Notes: generated by a model not told the origin, from the letters alone. DNA of 64,000 bases from an uncultured Clostridia bacterium (GCA_944386385.1 CALXAV010000008.1:2903-66902); one strand, 5' to 3'. Positions 54,195 through 64,000 are shown, numbered from the stretch's first letter. Numbers and translations are program-made.

Positions 54195-54662
54195 TTATCT
54201 TTTAAATATCTTTTTTATAAAGTTAAATATTTTCATGTACCATTTTTCTTTTTCTACTTCTATAGGTAAGTTTTTTTCTTCTTGTTTTTCTTGTTCTTTA
54301 TCTTTTAGTTCTTCTTCATTTTGGATTTTCTCTTTTTTTCTACTTTCAAAATCAATTTTATATTTTTCTTGTAATATCTTTTCTTCTCTTCTAATCTCCT
54401 CTAAATCTAATGCCAACAGCTCTTCTCTTTTTTCTTTACTACATAGATAATCTCTATAAATAAGAGAAAGTATTACTTTAGATTCTTTTAATAATTGTTT
54501 CTTAATATCAATGGTATAATCTATATTAAAAGTATATTCTAAATCTCTATTATCTTTTATTAAATTCATAAAAACCTTTGGTATCTTTTCTTGCATTTCT
54601 TTGCTCATGTGGTTAATAACATCATATACTTCACTAAATGCTTGGTTCGTTGTATTTCTCAT
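54195..54662 (-). CDS. Hypothetical protein
   Basis: AFSEVY..I...KIP...ILSLIYRDYLC; EKWY.KIFNFIKKIF tail. Confidence 0.65.
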   Translation of the reverse strand: MRNTTNQAFSEVYDVINHMSKEMQEKIPKVFMNLIKDNRDLEYTFNIDYTIDIKKQLLKESKVILSLIYRDYLCSKEKREELLALDLEEIRREEKILQEKYKIDFESRKKEKIQNEEELKDKEQEKQEEKNLPIEVEKEKWYMKIFNFIKKIFKR

Positions 54663-54768
54663 ATTTTTTCTCCTAAGTTATTTTTTCACACTTATTATAA
54701 CATAAAATTAATATATACAACATATTTTCTAAAATATATGTCCCAAAATACAAAAATGTACTAATAAA

Positions 54769-54810
54769 GACGTTTCATTTTGCACATTTTTATGCAAATA
54801 GAAACGTCCC
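54769..54810. repeat. Inverted repeat with GGGACG end (REP-like and/or ypeB terminator)
   Basis: GACGTTTC..TTTGCA...TGCAAA..GAAACGTCCC. Confidence 0.55.
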
Positions 54811-54815
54811 TATTG

Positions 54816-56192
54816 TTACATTGCTAATGTTCCATTTGGTGTATTTGTTATGATTAAAATATCTTCTTCTCTTCCGTTTTCAGCATTTATATAAACTAGA
54901 AATTCTTTATCTTCTACTTTACCTTTGAATTCATAACAAAGTATCTCAGATTCCCATTCCGTAGGGATTACAGCTAAACCACTTGATGTTATTTCCAAAT
55001 TTTGATTTAAATCTTTTCTTGCTTCTTCTTCTGTAATTTTAATATTACTAATATCCCTCTCTGTATGATTATTTAAATACCCTGTTGTTTCTATTCCCAA
55101 AATTTCACCATTATCTAATGCTACTTTTACCTTAATTAAATCTGGATACATAATAACATTATCTTGCATATATGCATAATTTATAGTTACTATTCCCTCT
55201 TGTTTTAAGTAATAAGTTTCTTGCATATTAGGGAATCCTTTATTATCTAAAAATTCTTTTGCTTTATTTCCTGCTTCTTCCTGAGAAATTATTTCAGATG
55301 AAATTTCCCTATTAGTATTCATATTTACAACATGTCCACCTTTTTTGGATATTGATATACTTATAGTCTCATCATTATTATTAGTAATAGAAAAATCATA
55401 TACAGGTATAGTTGCATTTTCTGAATATCCTAAATTACTTGTTTCTTTAATATTATCTTTTCCTACAAATTCTTCTGCTATTTCTTTTGCTCTATTTTCA
55501 TCTATATCATCTCCTGTTAATCCTTTTGGCTCACTGCTTGTTAAATGTTCTGAATAAGCTCCATCATAAATTAGTCCAGAATACTCATGGAAATTTTCCT
55601 CTAAATTACTAAAACTTTCTTTAGATATATTATCTACTTGCTGAGCAAATGCTACGGTTCCTTTTTCAGTTAATTCTCCCCAACTAAATCTTCCATTATT
55701 TAAATCTTCTGATAATTGATTTAAAGTATTTTCTAAATCAACACTATATGTGTGTAATTCTTTTAAATTATTTAAGTCTTCATCTGATAGTTTTTCATTA
55801 TAGATATTCTTCCTAGATAAACTATAACTATAATCACTTACCTGATTTAAAAACTTTTCTGTACTTGATAATTCTTGACTTTCTATTGGAAGTCTACTTA
55901 AATATGCTTGTGCTAAATTTGCTTCTCTCCATAAATGAGTTAATGTTTCTGCTCCATGCTCTGGAGTTGATGATATTAAAGATTTAGCAAGGTATGTTTC
56001 AACATTTTGAACATAATCTACTAGTTCATAAAACGCCATGTTATAACTGTTTTCTGATGCCTGTCTATATTCTCTTTGTTTTCTATATAAAATAACACCT
56101 AAAATAGCAACTATAACAAGTAAAACACATATAACACTTAACATATGTCCTTTTTTTAATCTATTTTTCCAATCAACTAAAATATTTTTCAT
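54816..56192 (-). CDS. ypeB: Germination protein YpeB
   Basis: LIYDGAYSEH, YPDLIKVKVALDNGE, PepSY repeats; downstream of sleB. Confidence 0.9.
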   Translation of the reverse strand: MKNILVDWKNRLKKGHMLSVICVLLVIVAILGVILYRKQREYRQASENSYNMAFYELVDYVQNVETYLAKSLISSTPEHGAETLTHLWREANLAQAYLSRLPIESQELSSTEKFLNQVSDYSYSLSRKNIYNEKLSDEDLNNLKELHTYSVDLENTLNQLSEDLNNGRFSWGELTEKGTVAFAQQVDNISKESFSNLEENFHEYSGLIYDGAYSEHLTSSEPKGLTGDDIDENRAKEIAEEFVGKDNIKETSNLGYSENATIPVYDFSITNNNDETISISISKKGGHVVNMNTNREISSEIISQEEAGNKAKEFLDNKGFPNMQETYYLKQEGIVTINYAYMQDNVIMYPDLIKVKVALDNGEILGIETTGYLNNHTERDISNIKITEEEARKDLNQNLEITSSGLAVIPTEWESEILCYEFKGKVEDKEFLVYINAENGREEDILIITNTPNGTLAM

Positions 56193-56209
56193 AATTTTCG
56201 TCCTTTCTA

Positions 56210-56686
56210 TTATTTACAAAAGATATGTTTTCCTATTGTTTTAACTTGTGGTCTAGACCAAATCCACTTATTTGTCGCTGTATTTGGATTAAAATAATAT
56301 ATACAACCACCTGTTGGATCCCATCCATTCATCGCGTCTCTCGCTGCTTTATATACTGAAGAGCCTTCTTCTATAGGTACATTTATTTGACCATCTGCTA
56401 CTGCTGTAAAAGCACCTGATTGATATATAACTCCTGCTATCGTATTTGGGAATTTAGAACTTTTTACTCTATTTAATATAACTGCTCCAACTGCAACTTG
56501 TCCCTCATATGGCTCTCCTCTTGCTTCTCCATTTATTGCTCTTGCCATTAATTGAATGTCAGATGTACTAGAAGTTGCTGCATAACTTACAATTTGTTCT
56601 TCTACATTATTATCAAATACAACCATTACAATTACGGATAATATTAAAATTAAAAATAAGACTATTACTTTTACTATATTTTTCAA
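56210..56686 (-). CDS. sleB: Spore cortex-lytic enzyme, SleB-like (catalytic domain only)
   Basis: GEARGEPYEGQVAVGAVILNRV, GWDPTGG, IGKHIF. Confidence 0.85.
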   Translation of the reverse strand: MKNIVKVIVLFLILILSVIVMVVFDNNVEEQIVSYAATSSTSDIQLMARAINGEARGEPYEGQVAVGAVILNRVKSSKFPNTIAGVIYQSGAFTAVADGQINVPIEEGSSVYKAARDAMNGWDPTGGCIYYFNPNTATNKWIWSRPQVKTIGKHIFCK

Positions 56687-56825
56687 AATATCACCTTTTT
56701 CTTTTCTAAGTTTTTTCCTTTTTACAATTTTTATTATTTTGTATAAAATTCTTAAGATTTATTCTATTTTTTGAAATTTTTTCTATTATGTGATACAATT
56801 TGAAAAAAATTAAAGGAGATTAATT

Positions 56826-57956
56826 ATGAAAGTTTTAATCTTTTATGCATCTTATGGTGGCGGGCATCTAAATGCTGCTAAATCAATTGAGAATTGCATA
56901 AAAAATAATTATAAAGATATAGATGTAAAATTAATTGATTGTATGAAATATGTTAATAAAACTATTGAAAAAGTAACTACAGCAGCTTATAGAGAAATGG
57001 CAAAAAAAGCTCCTTGGGCTTGGGGAAGAATTTATTCTGACGCGCAGAAGGGACCTCTTGCTCACATTACAACTAGGTCTAATAAATTTATGGCTATTAA
57101 ATTACTTAGATTACTTAGAGAAAAGGAACCTGATTTAATTATTTCTACACATCCATTTGGAAGTCAAATGTGTAGTTATTTAAAAAGGAAAGGTAAAATA
57201 ACAGCAAAAATCGCAACTATAATGACAGATTTTGCACCACATGACCAATGGCTTGTTGGACATGAATTTACTGATTATTTCTTTGTTGCACATGACAAAA
57301 TGAAAGATTATTTAATTAGTAAAAATGTTAAAGAAGAAAAGATCTTTTCTACTGGAATTCCTATTTCTGAGAAATTCCAAGAAAAATATGATAAATCTAA
57401 AATAGTTGAAAAATACAACCTAGATAAAAACAAATTTACTATCTTATTTTTTGGTGGTGGTGAGTTTGGACTTGGAAAAACTAGAACAGTTCAAATATTT
57501 GAGAACTTTGTACAAGAGACACTAAAACATGATATTCAAATTATTGCAATTTCAGGGAAAAATCCTAAAATGAAATCTGCATTTGAAGAAATAGTAAATA
57601 AGAACAAAGCAGAAAATAATGTTAAAATAATAGGTTTTTCAAATGAAGTCCCTAAACTTATGAGTATTTCAGACCTTGTTGTTACAAAACCAGGTGGACT
57701 TACTACTTCTGAAAGTCTAGCTTCTAACTTACCTATGGTTGTAATTAACCCTATTCCTGGGCAAGAAGAAGAAAACGCTGATTTCCTTGAAAGCAAAGGC
57801 ATTGCTGTTTGGATTAAAAAGACTGATAATAGTAAAAAAGTAATAGAAGAACTTTTAAATAATAAAGATAAACTAAATAAAATGAAAGAAAACACTAAGA
57901 TACTTGCTAAACCTCATTCAACAGACGATATTTGTAGAATTTTATTTGATAAATAA
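56826..57956 (+). CDS. Processive diacylglycerol glycosyltransferase (UgtP/MGDG synthase family)
   Basis: GGGH, STHPF, TKPGGLT, PIPGQEEEN. Confidence 0.88.
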   Translation: MKVLIFYASYGGGHLNAAKSIENCIKNNYKDIDVKLIDCMKYVNKTIEKVTTAAYREMAKKAPWAWGRIYSDAQKGPLAHITTRSNKFMAIKLLRLLREKEPDLIISTHPFGSQMCSYLKRKGKITAKIATIMTDFAPHDQWLVGHEFTDYFFVAHDKMKDYLISKNVKEEKIFSTGIPISEKFQEKYDKSKIVEKYNLDKNKFTILFFGGGEFGLGKTRTVQIFENFVQETLKHDIQIIAISGKNPKMKSAFEEIVNKNKAENNVKIIGFSNEVPKLMSISDLVVTKPGGLTTSESLASNLPMVVINPIPGQEEENADFLESKGIAVWIKKTDNSKKVIEELLNNKDKLNKMKENTKILAKPHSTDDICRILFDK

Positions 57957-57986
57957 ATTTTTTATGTTTTACTATTTAAACAATTA

Positions 57987-58016
57987 AAAGCCGGATATTA
58001 TTATTCCGGCTTTTTT
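57987..58016. terminator. Bidirectional terminator
   Basis: AAAAGCCGGA...TCCGGCTTTTTT. Confidence 0.75.
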
Positions 58017-58614
58017 ACATTTCTGTTCTTCCTTCTAAAGCTTTTGTTAAAGTAATTTCATCTGTATATTCTAGGTCTCCACCTACTGGAATACCATGTG
58101 CTATTCTTGTAACTTTTACTCCTAAAGGTTTAATAAGTTTAGATAAGTACATAGCTGTTGCTTCTCCTTCTACTCTTGGGTTAGTAGCAAGAATTACTTC
58201 TTTTATTTCTCCACCCATTAATCTAGATAAAAGTTCTTTTATTTTTATATCATCTGGTCCTACTCCATTCATTGGTGATATTGAACCATGTAGTACATGA
58301 TAAACACCTTTAAATTCATGTGTTTTTTCCATAGCAACAACGTCTCTTACATCTTCAACAACACAAATTACACTTTTATCTCTTTTAGGATTACCACATA
58401 TGTTACAAGGATCTGTATCTGAAATATTATAACAAATACTACAATATTTTAAATTCTTCTTAGCATTTATAATTGAAGAAACAAATTCATTTGTTTCTTC
58501 TTCTGAACAATTAAGCATATAAAATGCAAGTCTTGCTGCTGTTTTATGTCCAATACTTGGTAATCTTTCAAAACTTTCTATTAGCTTTTCTATTGATGGT
58601 GAGTATAATGACAT
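58015..58614 (-). CDS. recR: Recombination protein RecR
   Basis: C4 zinc finger, [16 protein letters not shown]. Confidence 0.95.
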   Translation of the reverse strand: MSLYSPSIEKLIESFERLPSIGHKTAARLAFYMLNCSEEETNEFVSSIINAKKNLKYCSICYNISDTDPCNICGNPKRDKSVICVVEDVRDVVAMEKTHEFKGVYHVLHGSISPMNGVGPDDIKIKELLSRLMGGEIKEVILATNPRVEGEATAMYLSKLIKPLGVKVTRIAHGIPVGGDLEYTDEITLTKALEGRTEM

Positions 58615-58629
58615 CCTTTATTCCTCCAA

Positions 58630-58977
58630 TTAAAGTCCTAATCCTGGTATATTGTATTTTCCAAGAGATTGTGCTTGTGCTGAATCAACTTGTCTTAAAG
58701 CTTCATTAACACATGTTAAAACTAAATCTTCTAACATTTCTACATCATCAGGGTCTACTACTTCTGATTTTATTTTTATTTCTTTAATCATTTTTTCTCC
58801 TGATACTTTTACATTTACAGCTCCACCACCTGCTGAAGCTTCAAATTCTTTAGTTGCAAGCTCTGCTTGTGATTTTTCCATATCTGCTTGCATTTTTTTT
58901 GCTTCTTTCATTAAATTATTTAGATTCATTCCTCCGAATCCTCCCATTCCTCCTGGGAATCCACCTCTTTTTGACAT
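58630..58977 (-). CDS. YbaB/EbfC nucleoid-associated protein
   Basis: [19 protein letters not shown]; between dnaX and recR. Confidence 0.92.
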   Translation of the reverse strand: MSKRGGFPGGMGGFGGMNLNNLMKEAKKMQADMEKSQAELATKEFEASAGGGAVNVKVSGEKMIKEIKIKSEVVDPDDVEMLEDLVLTCVNEALRQVDSAQAQSLGKYNIPGLGL

Positions 58978-59021
58978 TATAATTTCCTCCTTTAATTTTT
59001 TATTTTACTCTTTCTTCTATT

Positions 59022-60659
59022 TTATTCAATAACATTAAAAGGTATATCTGAATCATTCGCTAGTTTTTGTAAATTTTCTTCTTCTGTCATTTGATGAATA
59101 TTACTATTTCCAGATATATATTTTATTTGCATTGGCTTTCCACAAGCCATTGAAACCATTGTAGAAATTTCTTTTATATTTTCTGGCTTTTCTAAAACAG
59201 TTTTGTTAAATGAACTCATACCATTTGGGAATTCAATTCCTACTGTCATATCATTTATTTCACTTGCTATGCTTCCATTTAAACTTGTGCATAAAACTAT
59301 TTTACCATTTTGTTTTAACTCATTAATTATTTGTGGCCAATATTCCTCTGCTTTATTTGAAAAGTTTGTTGTTGTCTGTGTAGTTTTTGGTTTAGATGTA
59401 CTTCTATTCTGAGCAGCTGAAGTATTTGGAACATTTTGAACCACTCTATTTATTTGATTATTTCTTTGTGCTATCACATTACTTGTATTTACTACTGTAT
59501 TATTTACTGTGATTCCTTTTCCTGATTTTAAATATTTTTCTATTTTTTCTACTCTTTCTTCTAAGTTTGAACTAATCTCAGCTTGTTTACTACATAACTT
59601 AATTATTCCTGCCTGGAATACTATAGTTTTTTGTGTTGACCATTTTATATCACTTTCTAGTTCTGATAATTTATATACCAAATCAATTAGTTTTTCTTTT
59701 GAAACCTTCTCTGCTAATTCACCAATTTTTTTCATTTCTTCCTCAGTATATAAATCCAATTTCTTAGAAGTTTTGAATACTAATATATCTTTAACATATT
59801 TAATCATTTCCCAAAGTAAGTTTGTAATATCTTTTCCATCATTTAAAACTGTATCTACTCCCTCTAAAGCCCTATCCACATCAAAATCTATAATTCCATC
59901 TACAATATTATGAACATAAGTTATTTTTGGAATTCCTACCAAATCTCTTATCTTATTTTCATCAATTTTATTTTCTCCATCTTGAACGCATCTCTCTAAG
60001 ATTGATAAAGCATCTCTCATAGCACCTTCTGCTAGCACTGCAATCATTTGCATAGCTTCATCTGTTATTTCTATATTACTCTCTTTACAAACTACTTTTA
60101 ATCTTTTAATAATGTTATCATTTGAAATTCTTTTAAAATCGAATCTCTGGCATCTAGATAAGATTGTTGCAGGCAACTTTTGTGGTTCTGTTGTAGCTAG
60201 TATAAATTTAACATGCTCTGGTGGTTCCTCTAATGTTTTAAGTAAAGCATTAAAAGCTCCTGTTGATAACATATGAACCTCATCTATAATATACACTCTA
60301 TATTTTGCTTTTGTTGGTAGAAAGTTTACTTCCTCACGGATAGCTCTTATATCTTCTACACTATTATTAGATGCGGCATCCATCTCAACAATATCTGTAA
60401 GTGAACCATTTATTGCACCTTTACATATTTCACATTCATTACATGGTTCTCCGTCTTTTGGATTCAAACAGTTAATAGCCCTTGCTAATACTTTTGCTGC
60501 TGATGTTTTTCCTGTACCTCTTCCTCCATTAAACAAATATGCATGTCCAACTCTTCCTGCAATAATCTGATTTCTTAAGGTTCTTGTTATATGCTCTTGA
60601 CCTACTATCTCTGAAAATGTAAGTGGCCTAAATTTTCTATAAAGAGCTGTGTATCCCAA
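59022..60659 (-). CDS. dnaX: DNA polymerase III subunit gamma/tau
   Basis: ALYRKFRP, GGRGTGKT, DEVHML, SRCQRF; true start TTG 60659. Confidence 0.93.
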   Translation of the reverse strand: MGYTALYRKFRPLTFSEIVGQEHITRTLRNQIIAGRVGHAYLFNGGRGTGKTSAAKVLARAINCLNPKDGEPCNECEICKGAINGSLTDIVEMDAASNNSVEDIRAIREEVNFLPTKAKYRVYIIDEVHMLSTGAFNALLKTLEEPPEHVKFILATTEPQKLPATILSRCQRFDFKRISNDNIIKRLKVVCKESNIEITDEAMQMIAVLAEGAMRDALSILERCVQDGENKIDENKIRDLVGIPKITYVHNIVDGIIDFDVDRALEGVDTVLNDGKDITNLLWEMIKYVKDILVFKTSKKLDLYTEEEMKKIGELAEKVSKEKLIDLVYKLSELESDIKWSTQKTIVFQAGIIKLCSKQAEISSNLEERVEKIEKYLKSGKGITVNNTVVNTSNVIAQRNNQINRVVQNVPNTSAAQNRSTSKPKTTQTTTNFSNKAEEYWPQIINELKQNGKIVLCTSLNGSIASEINDMTVGIEFPNGMSSFNKTVLEKPENIKEISTMVSMACGKPMQIKYISGNSNIHQMTEEENLQKLANDSDIPFNVIE

Positions 60660-60685
60660 TTTTCTCACATCCTTTATATAAAAAA

Positions 60686-60823
60686 TGGTAGATACTCTAA
60701 ATCTCTCTATGGAAAGTATCCCACATAAAGATAAACTACTTATTGCTGCTTCCTCCCGGACCTGACAAGATTCATAGGTCTTTATTGGTCTACTCTCCAT
60801 ACAAAGATTTAAGGTACATACCA
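60686..60823 (-). ncRNA. ffs: Signal recognition particle RNA, about 138 nt
   Basis: TCAGGTCCGGGAGGAAGCAGC domain IV core; complementary ends TGGTA...TACCA; tadA-ffs-dnaX synteny. Confidence 0.88.
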
Positions 60824-60828
60824 TTCGT

Positions 60829-60857
60829 ATTATATAATGAAATTTATATTTTATCAA
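60829..60857 (-). promoter_or_regulatory. Sigma-A promoter of SRP RNA
   Basis: TTGATA-17bp-TATAAT. Confidence 0.75.
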
Positions 60858-60865
60858 GTAAAATT

Positions 60866-61636
60866 TTAATTTTTCGTTCTTTTAAATACTATATCATCTA
60901 AATTTGTTATTTCTTTTGAAGCTGTTCCATTTTCTACAACACCTTCTACTGGTACATCTAATGTTATATTTGCCTTATATTCTTTTCCATCTTCTGTAGT
61001 TATTGTTAAGTCAAAAGATAATTTTGATTTTAAATCTTCTTCATTTACATTAGCACTTTTTAATAACTGATTTGTTGTTATAGTATCAGTTGTAGATACC
61101 TCTGATGTGTATTCTGCAACATTGTTATTTGCATATCTAAAGAAAATAACTCCTCCTTGGTTTCCTATTACTAAGTTTTTAATATCTGATTCCATTCCAC
61201 CTGTATATTCTATTGTTTGAACTTCATTTTCCTCTGTATTACTAAAATTAGTTCCTGTATCTAGCGCATTAGGTCTATAAAACTTAACTGTCCCTAGTTC
61301 TTTATCTCTTTGAACATTTAATCCATCTATAACTATACTTCTTATTGCTTCTTCCTCTTTATAGTTATCATTTTTTTCTAAGTAAATATATATATCATTA
61401 TTTTGATTAATATCAAAAGCCCAATTAGTAGATTCTCCTTCTTGGTTTTTATCTATACCATCTGATGTACTTATTAATGTAATTTTAGTTATTTCAAATG
61501 GCATATTTGTTTCACCTTCTACTTGATATCTTAATATCATTATTCCTGCTACAAATAATATAACTGCTATTATTATAATTGTCATACAAATATGAAATGA
61601 TTTTTTACTTGTTATATACTTTATTTTATCTATCAT
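60866..61636 (-). CDS. Hypothetical membrane-anchored protein
   Basis: N-terminal TM then acidic extracellular domain; RBS AGGAGG. Confidence 0.65.
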   Translation of the reverse strand: MIDKIKYITSKKSFHICMTIIIIAVILFVAGIMILRYQVEGETNMPFEITKITLISTSDGIDKNQEGESTNWAFDINQNNDIYIYLEKNDNYKEEEAIRSIVIDGLNVQRDKELGTVKFYRPNALDTGTNFSNTEENEVQTIEYTGGMESDIKNLVIGNQGGVIFFRYANNNVAEYTSEVSTTDTITTNQLLKSANVNEEDLKSKLSFDLTITTEDGKEYKANITLDVPVEGVVENGTASKEITNLDDIVFKRTKN

Positions 61637-61670
61637 ATGCTCCTCCTAAATTCAAGCATCATTTTTTATT

Positions 61671-62138
61671 TTATTTTTTACTTTTTATTTTTCTTAAATC
61701 CTTAAAAAAATCTTTTAAAATCTTTTCACAGTCTTCTTTCATAATGCCTCGTTCTACTTCCACATTATGATTAAATTTATAGTCTTCAAACAGGTTAAAA
61801 ACAGAACCAGCTGCTCCTGTTTTTTCATCTAGAGCTCCTATATATAATTTCTTTATTCTTGCATTAATCATAGCTCCTGCGCACATTGAACAAGGTTCTA
61901 ATGTTACGTACATTTCACAATCTAAAAGCCTCCAAGATTCTAATTTTCTACTTGCTTTTTGGATTGCAAGTATTTCTGCATGTTTTGTTGTATCTTTTTT
62001 TATTTCTTTCAAATTATGAGCTCTTGCAATTATTTTTCCATTTTTAACAATAACTGCTCCTACTGGAACTTCCAATTTGTCATATGCTTTTTTTGCTTCT
62101 TTTAAAGCTTCTTTCATAAATTTTTCTTTTTCTTCCAT
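61671..62138 (-). CDS. tadA: tRNA-specific adenosine(34) deaminase
   Basis: EVPVGAV, HAE, TLEPCSMCAGAM. Confidence 0.92.
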   Translation of the reverse strand: MEEKEKFMKEALKEAKKAYDKLEVPVGAVIVKNGKIIARAHNLKEIKKDTTKHAEILAIQKASRKLESWRLLDCEMYVTLEPCSMCAGAMINARIKKLYIGALDEKTGAAGSVFNLFEDYKFNHNVEVERGIMKEDCEKILKDFFKDLRKIKSKK

Positions 62139-62159
62139 ACTAATTCCTTAATTTAAAAG

Positions 62160-62236
62160 TGGTGTACCAGAAGGGACTCGAACCCCCTACCTCTTCCTTA
62201 GGAGGGAAGCGCTCTATCCTGGTGAGCTACTGGTAC
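62160..62236 (-). tRNA. tRNA-Arg(CCU)
   Basis: GTACCAG acceptor, CTTCC/GGAAG stem, loop CT-CCT-AA, A20, TTCGA, CCA end. Confidence 0.92.
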
Positions 62237-62373
62237 ATATTAAATTTAATTTTCCTTTTTACCTTATTTGTAACGCTTTAATTATAAAATATTAAACCGA
62301 AAAAGTCAATAAATGATACCTTGGCATAACATTAACTTCTACTTTCTTGACAATGTCTGTTATAATTATATAG

Positions 62374-63096
62374 GTGGTTAAAATGCAAAGAATATTAAGT
62401 CATATGAGAAAAGCAATAGAAGAATATAAAATGATAGATGAAGGAGATAAAATCGCTGTATGCTTATCTGGTGGAAAAGATTCAATAACAATGCTTCATG
62501 CATTTAAATCTCTTCAAAGATTTTATCCTAAAAAATTTGAATTAGTAGCAATCAGTATAGACCCTGGTTTTGAATTTTTTGACACTAAATTTTTACAAGA
62601 AATATGTGATAATTTAGATATTCCCTTATTTATTGAAAAAAGTAATGCTAAAGAAATTGTTTTTGATATAAGAAAAGAAAAAAATCCTTGTTCTTTATGT
62701 GCTAATCTAAGAAGAGGTATTATTAATTCTGTAGCCATACGTGAAGGCTGTAATAAAATTGCTTTAGGACATAATCAAGATGATGTTTTAGAAACTTTTT
62801 TATTAAATTTATTATACACTGGAAGCATTGGAACTTTTGCACCTATGAGTTACATGGATAGAACAAAGATAACATTAATTAGACCTTTAATATACACTCC
62901 TGAAAAGGAAACAAAAAGATTTATAAAAAAGAATAATTTATCTGTAATGCCTAAAGTTTGTCCTATGGACGGAACTTCTAAACGTGAGGATATGAAACAA
63001 TTAATCTATACTCTTGGAAAAAAGATTCCAATGGTTAGGGCAAATCTATTTGGAGCTATCCAAAGAAATCTTCCAGAATGGAAGTTAGATAAATAG
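62374..63096 (+). CDS. ttcA: tRNA 2-thiocytidine(32) synthetase TtcA
   Basis: SGGKDS PP-loop, CSLC, GHNQDD, IRPL. Confidence 0.82.
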   Translation: MVKMQRILSHMRKAIEEYKMIDEGDKIAVCLSGGKDSITMLHAFKSLQRFYPKKFELVAISIDPGFEFFDTKFLQEICDNLDIPLFIEKSNAKEIVFDIRKEKNPCSLCANLRRGIINSVAIREGCNKIALGHNQDDVLETFLLNLLYTGSIGTFAPMSYMDRTKITLIRPLIYTPEKETKRFIKKNNLSVMPKVCPMDGTSKREDMKQLIYTLGKKIPMVRANLFGAIQRNLPEWKLDK

Positions 63097-63124
63097 TCTA
63101 TTTAAAAAAATATAAAACAAGAGC

Positions 63125-63151
63125 TGTTTTTTGAGCCCGTCCCAAAAAACA
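63125..63151 (+). repeat. 27-bp REP-like palindrome, copy 3
   Basis: TGTTTTTTGAGCCCGTCCCAAAAAACA. Confidence 0.75.
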
Positions 63152-63161
63152 GCTTTTTCTA

Positions 63162-64000
63162 TTATTTTACTATAGCTACCATAGCATCTTTTAAATCTTC
63201 TAATTTTTTATTAGCATCTTCGTCAGAAGAACCTTTAACACCCATATATAATTTAATTTTAGGTTCTGTTCCTGATGGTCTTACACAGCACCATGCATCA
63301 TCCTCTAATTCATAATATAAAACATTTGATTTTGGTAATCCTGTAGATTTTGTTTCTCCTGTTACCATATCTTTATCAATATCTTTTTCTACATCTTTGA
63401 ACTCTAGAACCTTATAATCACCTATTTTTTCTACAGGTGTATTTCTCATATTAGTCATCATTTCTTGGATTTTTTCTGCACCTTCTGCACCTTCTAATAC
63501 TATTGATACTTGTGTTTCTTTATAATATCCATATTTCTTATAGATGTCTTCCATAGCGTCCCATAAAGTTTTTCCTTTTGATCTATAATAACATGCTGCT
63601 TCACAAAGTGCCATAACTGCTGCTATTCCATCTTTATCTCTTGCATAATCTCCAATTAAGCAACCATAACTTTCTTCAAATCCAAATACATATGTTTTGT
63701 CTTTATTTTCTTCTGCTTTTTTCATAACACTACCAATGTTTTTAAATCCTGTTAATACTTCTATACATTCTAATCCATATGCTTTTGCAATTGCTCTTGT
63801 TAAGTTTGAAGATACTATTGTTGTAATAATCATTCCATCTTTTGGAAGTATTCCTTTTTCTTTCATTTGAGAAATTCTATATTCTGCAATTAACAATGCT
63901 GACATATTTCCTGTATATTCCATATATTTTCCAGATTTAGTATCTTTTGCAAAAATTCCTAAACGGTCTGCATCTGGGTCTGTTGCAAGAACAACGTCTG
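63162..64000 (-). CDS. Phosphoglucomutase/phosphomannomutase, 5' truncated by window
   Basis: TDPDADR, FEESYG, RPSGTEPK; frame open to window end. Confidence 0.92.
   Translation of the reverse strand, partial: DVVLATDPDADRLGIFAKDTKSGKYMEYTGNMSALLIAEYRISQMKEKGILPKDGMIITTIVSSNLTRAIAKAYGLECIEVLTGFKNIGSVMKKAEENKDKTYVFGFEESYGCLIGDYARDKDGIAAVMALCEAACYYRSKGKTLWDAMEDIYKKYGYYKETQVSIVLEGAEGAEKIQEMMTNMRNTPVEKIGDYKVLEFKDVEKDIDKDMVTGETKSTGLPKSNVLYYELEDDAWCCVRPSGTEPKIKLYMGVKGSSDEDANKKLEDLKDAMVAIVK

Noticed and set aside
60660..60857. 66-aa N-terminal extension of dnaX in the ORF track, which contains an in-frame CGG
   Set aside because: It runs through the SRP RNA and its promoter. The real start is TTG 60659, so this CGG is not a counterexample to the frameshift rule.
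1..64000. CRISPR array, prophage, IS transposase or reverse transcriptase
   Set aside because: No regularly spaced repeats and no recognisable integrase, transposase, RT or phage genes seen.

Overview
Low-GC Clostridia chromosomal window, most genes on the minus strand; gene content suggests a sporulating gut lineage. It holds housekeeping blocks (radC-mreBCD-mrdA-minC, pcrA, prfA, murF-ddl, sleB-ypeB, tadA-SRP RNA-dnaX-ybaB-recR, tRNA-Arg(CCU), ttcA, pgm), three pilin-type surface proteins, an orphan VirD4-like coupling protein, a radical SAM/SPASM gene and a repeat protein with a possible ART-like domain. Main observation: three unrelated genes (mreD, a pilin/GLUG protein, virD4) are each split by a +1 frameshift. 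In each, the overlap contains an in-frame CGG, and skipping its C gives a Gly codon and restores a full-length protein. A manual scan of about 19,000 other codons found no CGG used as ordinary Arg. This points to a codon-triggered +1 recoding rule (CGGN read as Gly). Second observation: two pilin-like genes share a homologous leader carrying different dinucleotide tracts, (AG)12 in frame (ON) and (AC)10A out of frame (OFF), consistent with phase variation.
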